The position numbers and the translations under genes were made by a program. Of a DNA stretch of 64,000 bases, positions 62,502-64,000 are shown piece after piece. How positions within the stretch are numbered: position 1 is the stretch's first letter; each line of letters starts with the position of its first letter. This DNA is from an uncultured Methanoregulaceae archaeon (GTDB taxonomy: Archaea; Halobacteriota; Methanomicrobia; Methanomicrobiales; Methanospirillaceae), in contig OY970061.1 in the NCBI GenBank assembly GCA_963705255.1, positions 2,304,001 to 2,368,000 on the forward strand. The letters run 5' to 3'. The notes beneath the pieces were generated by a model, which did no database searches, was not told the origin of the DNA, and was given only the letters and a program-made list of their open reading frames with translations.

Positions 62502-62716
62502 ATGCTTGTCAAATTCGAGTTCTATTCAGATGGTACATTCTGGTGCGGCCGGGTACCGGGGTCGATATCTTTACGCAGGGAAAGACTCTTGACGAGCTTG
62601 CGGCGAACATCCGGGAAGCGGTAGAACTCCGTTTTGCAGACGCACTGGAAAAGGGGGAGACCATCCGTATCCTCTCAATATCCGGGGCTGAGGTCGATAA
62701 TGATGTCCAGGCTTGA
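62502..62716 (+). CDS. HicB-like (UPF0150) antitoxin, one base missing near 62548
   Basis: MLVKFEFYSDGTFWC.../GVDIFTQGKTLDELAANIREAVEL. Confidence 0.7.
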
Positions 62717-62870
62717 TGAAATCGTAGTGGAGGAATATCCCCCCGATGCAGATCTTACTGACGAACTTCTGTCCGATGAAGAGATCGAGGATATGAAGGC
62801 AAGCACGGACGATATCAGAGCCGGGCGGGTAAAGACGCTCAAGACCGTCCGGGATGAGCTCCATATCTGA
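62700..62870 (+). CDS. Small acidic antitoxin-like protein
   Basis: LSDEEIEDMKASTDDIRAGRVKTLKTVRDEL resembles the C-termini of archaeal RelB-like antitoxins. Confidence 0.5.
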   Translation: MMSRLDEIVVEEYPPDADLTDELLSDEEIEDMKASTDDIRAGRVKTLKTVRDELHI

Positions 62871-62998
62871 TTACACAAAAAGATCTGCACGGATTATTGA
62901 TCCGGTTTTCCAGGCCCCACACCCTTGCACACAATCGATACCTTAATGCCGATGCATGTATCCGATATTCAGTACCGCAACCATTCTCCTTGACAGAG

Positions 62999-64000
62999 GT
63001 GCCCGAAATCGCTCAGCAGGAAAACCGACCGGAGAAAAACCACACCCCCTTCATTGACTTCCCGGGAAAGGGGGACGATACCCGGCTCGGGGCCGTTATA
63101 GCATTCCTCATCGCGGTCATCTTCATCTTCGATATCGTGACCCCGCTCAGCCTCGTGGTCTGGACGCTCTACCTCCTGCCGCTCTTCCTGACCGTGTACG
63201 CCCGGCAGCGGTTCGCCCCTGTGTACGTCGCATTCGCGGTGATCCTGCTCTCCATCATCGGTATTTTTCTTTCGTACCCGGATGTCCCGATCACGAATGC
63301 GCTGGTCAACCGCGTCTTCTTCTCCATGGTGCTCGTTGTCCTCGCCTACTTCATCTGGAATTACCGGGAAAATGTATCGGCCCTCGGCGAAAGCAGGGAA
63401 AGGCTCCGGCAGGCCAACGCCCTGCTCACCAGCCACATGGGCAACTCCCCGCTTGCCATCGTCGAATTCGATGCGCAGTTCCGGATCACCCGCTGGACGG
63501 GCGAAGCCACCCGGATTTTTGGCTGGACAGCGGATGAGGTGATGGGGAAGGCTATCGGTGAGTTCCCCTGGGTCTACGAGGAGGATGTCTCCCGGGTGAC
63601 CGCGATCTCTGCCGCCATGCTTGAAGGGAAGAGCCCCAGCAACATGCACGCCAACCGCAACTACCGGAAGGACGGAACGGTAATCGAGTGCGAATGGTAC
63701 AACTCGGCCCTCCGGGACAAGGAGGGAAACCTCGTCTCGATCTTCTCCCAGGTACTGGAAGTGACGGCGCGAAGGCGTGCGGAAGCAGAAATCAGGAAGA
63801 AAAATACCGAACTGAACGCCGCCAACGAGGAGCTGACGGCTGCACAGGAAGAACTCAGGCAGAACGTCGACGAACTTGGGAAAAAAGAGCAGGAACTGAC
63901 CGAACAGAACGAGGAGATGAAGGCGCTTAACGAGGAGCTCACCTCGACTCACGAAAAACTGGTCCAGAACTTCGATGAACTCGCCCGGGCGGAGACTGCC
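62999..64000 (+). CDS. Membrane PAS-domain sensor (histidine-kinase-like), 3'-truncated by the window
   Basis: Open frame from GTG 62999: about four TM helices (FIFDIVTPL...LYLLP), PAS/PAC (NSPLAIVEFD...W...IFGW...NYRKDG..IECEWYNS), coiled coil ELNAANEEL. Confidence 0.85.
   Translation, partial: MPEIAQQENRPEKNHTPFIDFPGKGDDTRLGAVIAFLIAVIFIFDIVTPLSLVVWTLYLLPLFLTVYARQRFAPVYVAFAVILLSIIGIFLSYPDVPITNALVNRVFFSMVLVVLAYFIWNYRENVSALGESRERLRQANALLTSHMGNSPLAIVEFDAQFRITRWTGEATRIFGWTADEVMGKAIGEFPWVYEEDVSRVTAISAAMLEGKSPSNMHANRNYRKDGTVIECEWYNSALRDKEGNLVSIFSQVLEVTARRRAEAEIRKKNTELNAANEELTAAQEELRQNVDELGKKEQELTEQNEEMKALNEELTSTHEKLVQNFDELARAETA

Noticed and set aside
2800-62560. About a dozen frameshifts (HEAT protein, methylthiotransferase, MTase x2, DUF1614, AMP phosphorylase, PEGA protein, dcd, CetZ-like, rubredoxin, HicB) as programmed recoding, genome decay, or targets of the 8-nt-loop tRNA
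   Set aside because: The sites mix +1 and -1 indels with no shared slippery or quadruplet motif, and the genes are otherwise intact and include housekeeping functions. Sequencing or assembly error is the simplest explanation; read-level checking is needed.

Overview
Archaeal chromosome segment from a hydrogenotrophic methanogen, most consistent with Methanomicrobiales (Methanoregula-like). It carries the complete mtrEDCBAF(A-G)H operon with a duplicated, near-identical mtrA domain, plus mer, mtd, iorAB, nadX-nadC, an S-layer gene, cbf5, nop5-fibrillarin, four tRNAs and the full S10-spc ribosomal protein operon through secY-adk-cmk. About a dozen single-base indels break otherwise intact genes and most likely reflect sequencing or assembly error. 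The most unusual signals are non-coding. (1) A ~455-nt, densely base-paired RNA-like element, closed by a long-range terminal stem, lies between a TATA box and rpl3. (2) A dispersed family of REP-like hairpin cassettes (TCGAAG-stem-TGAN-stem-CTTCTC) shows compensatory stem changes; it occurs inside two MITE-like elements and on both flanks of the mtr operon. (3) ~35-bp-period G-tract module arrays at 10.3-10.7 kb and 61.8-62.4 kb share modules in shuffled order. (4) A probable 3' remnant of a stand-alone cas1 gene borders an AT-rich foreign gene and two toxin-less antitoxin-like genes. All family assignments come from motif recognition and synteny; no searches were run.
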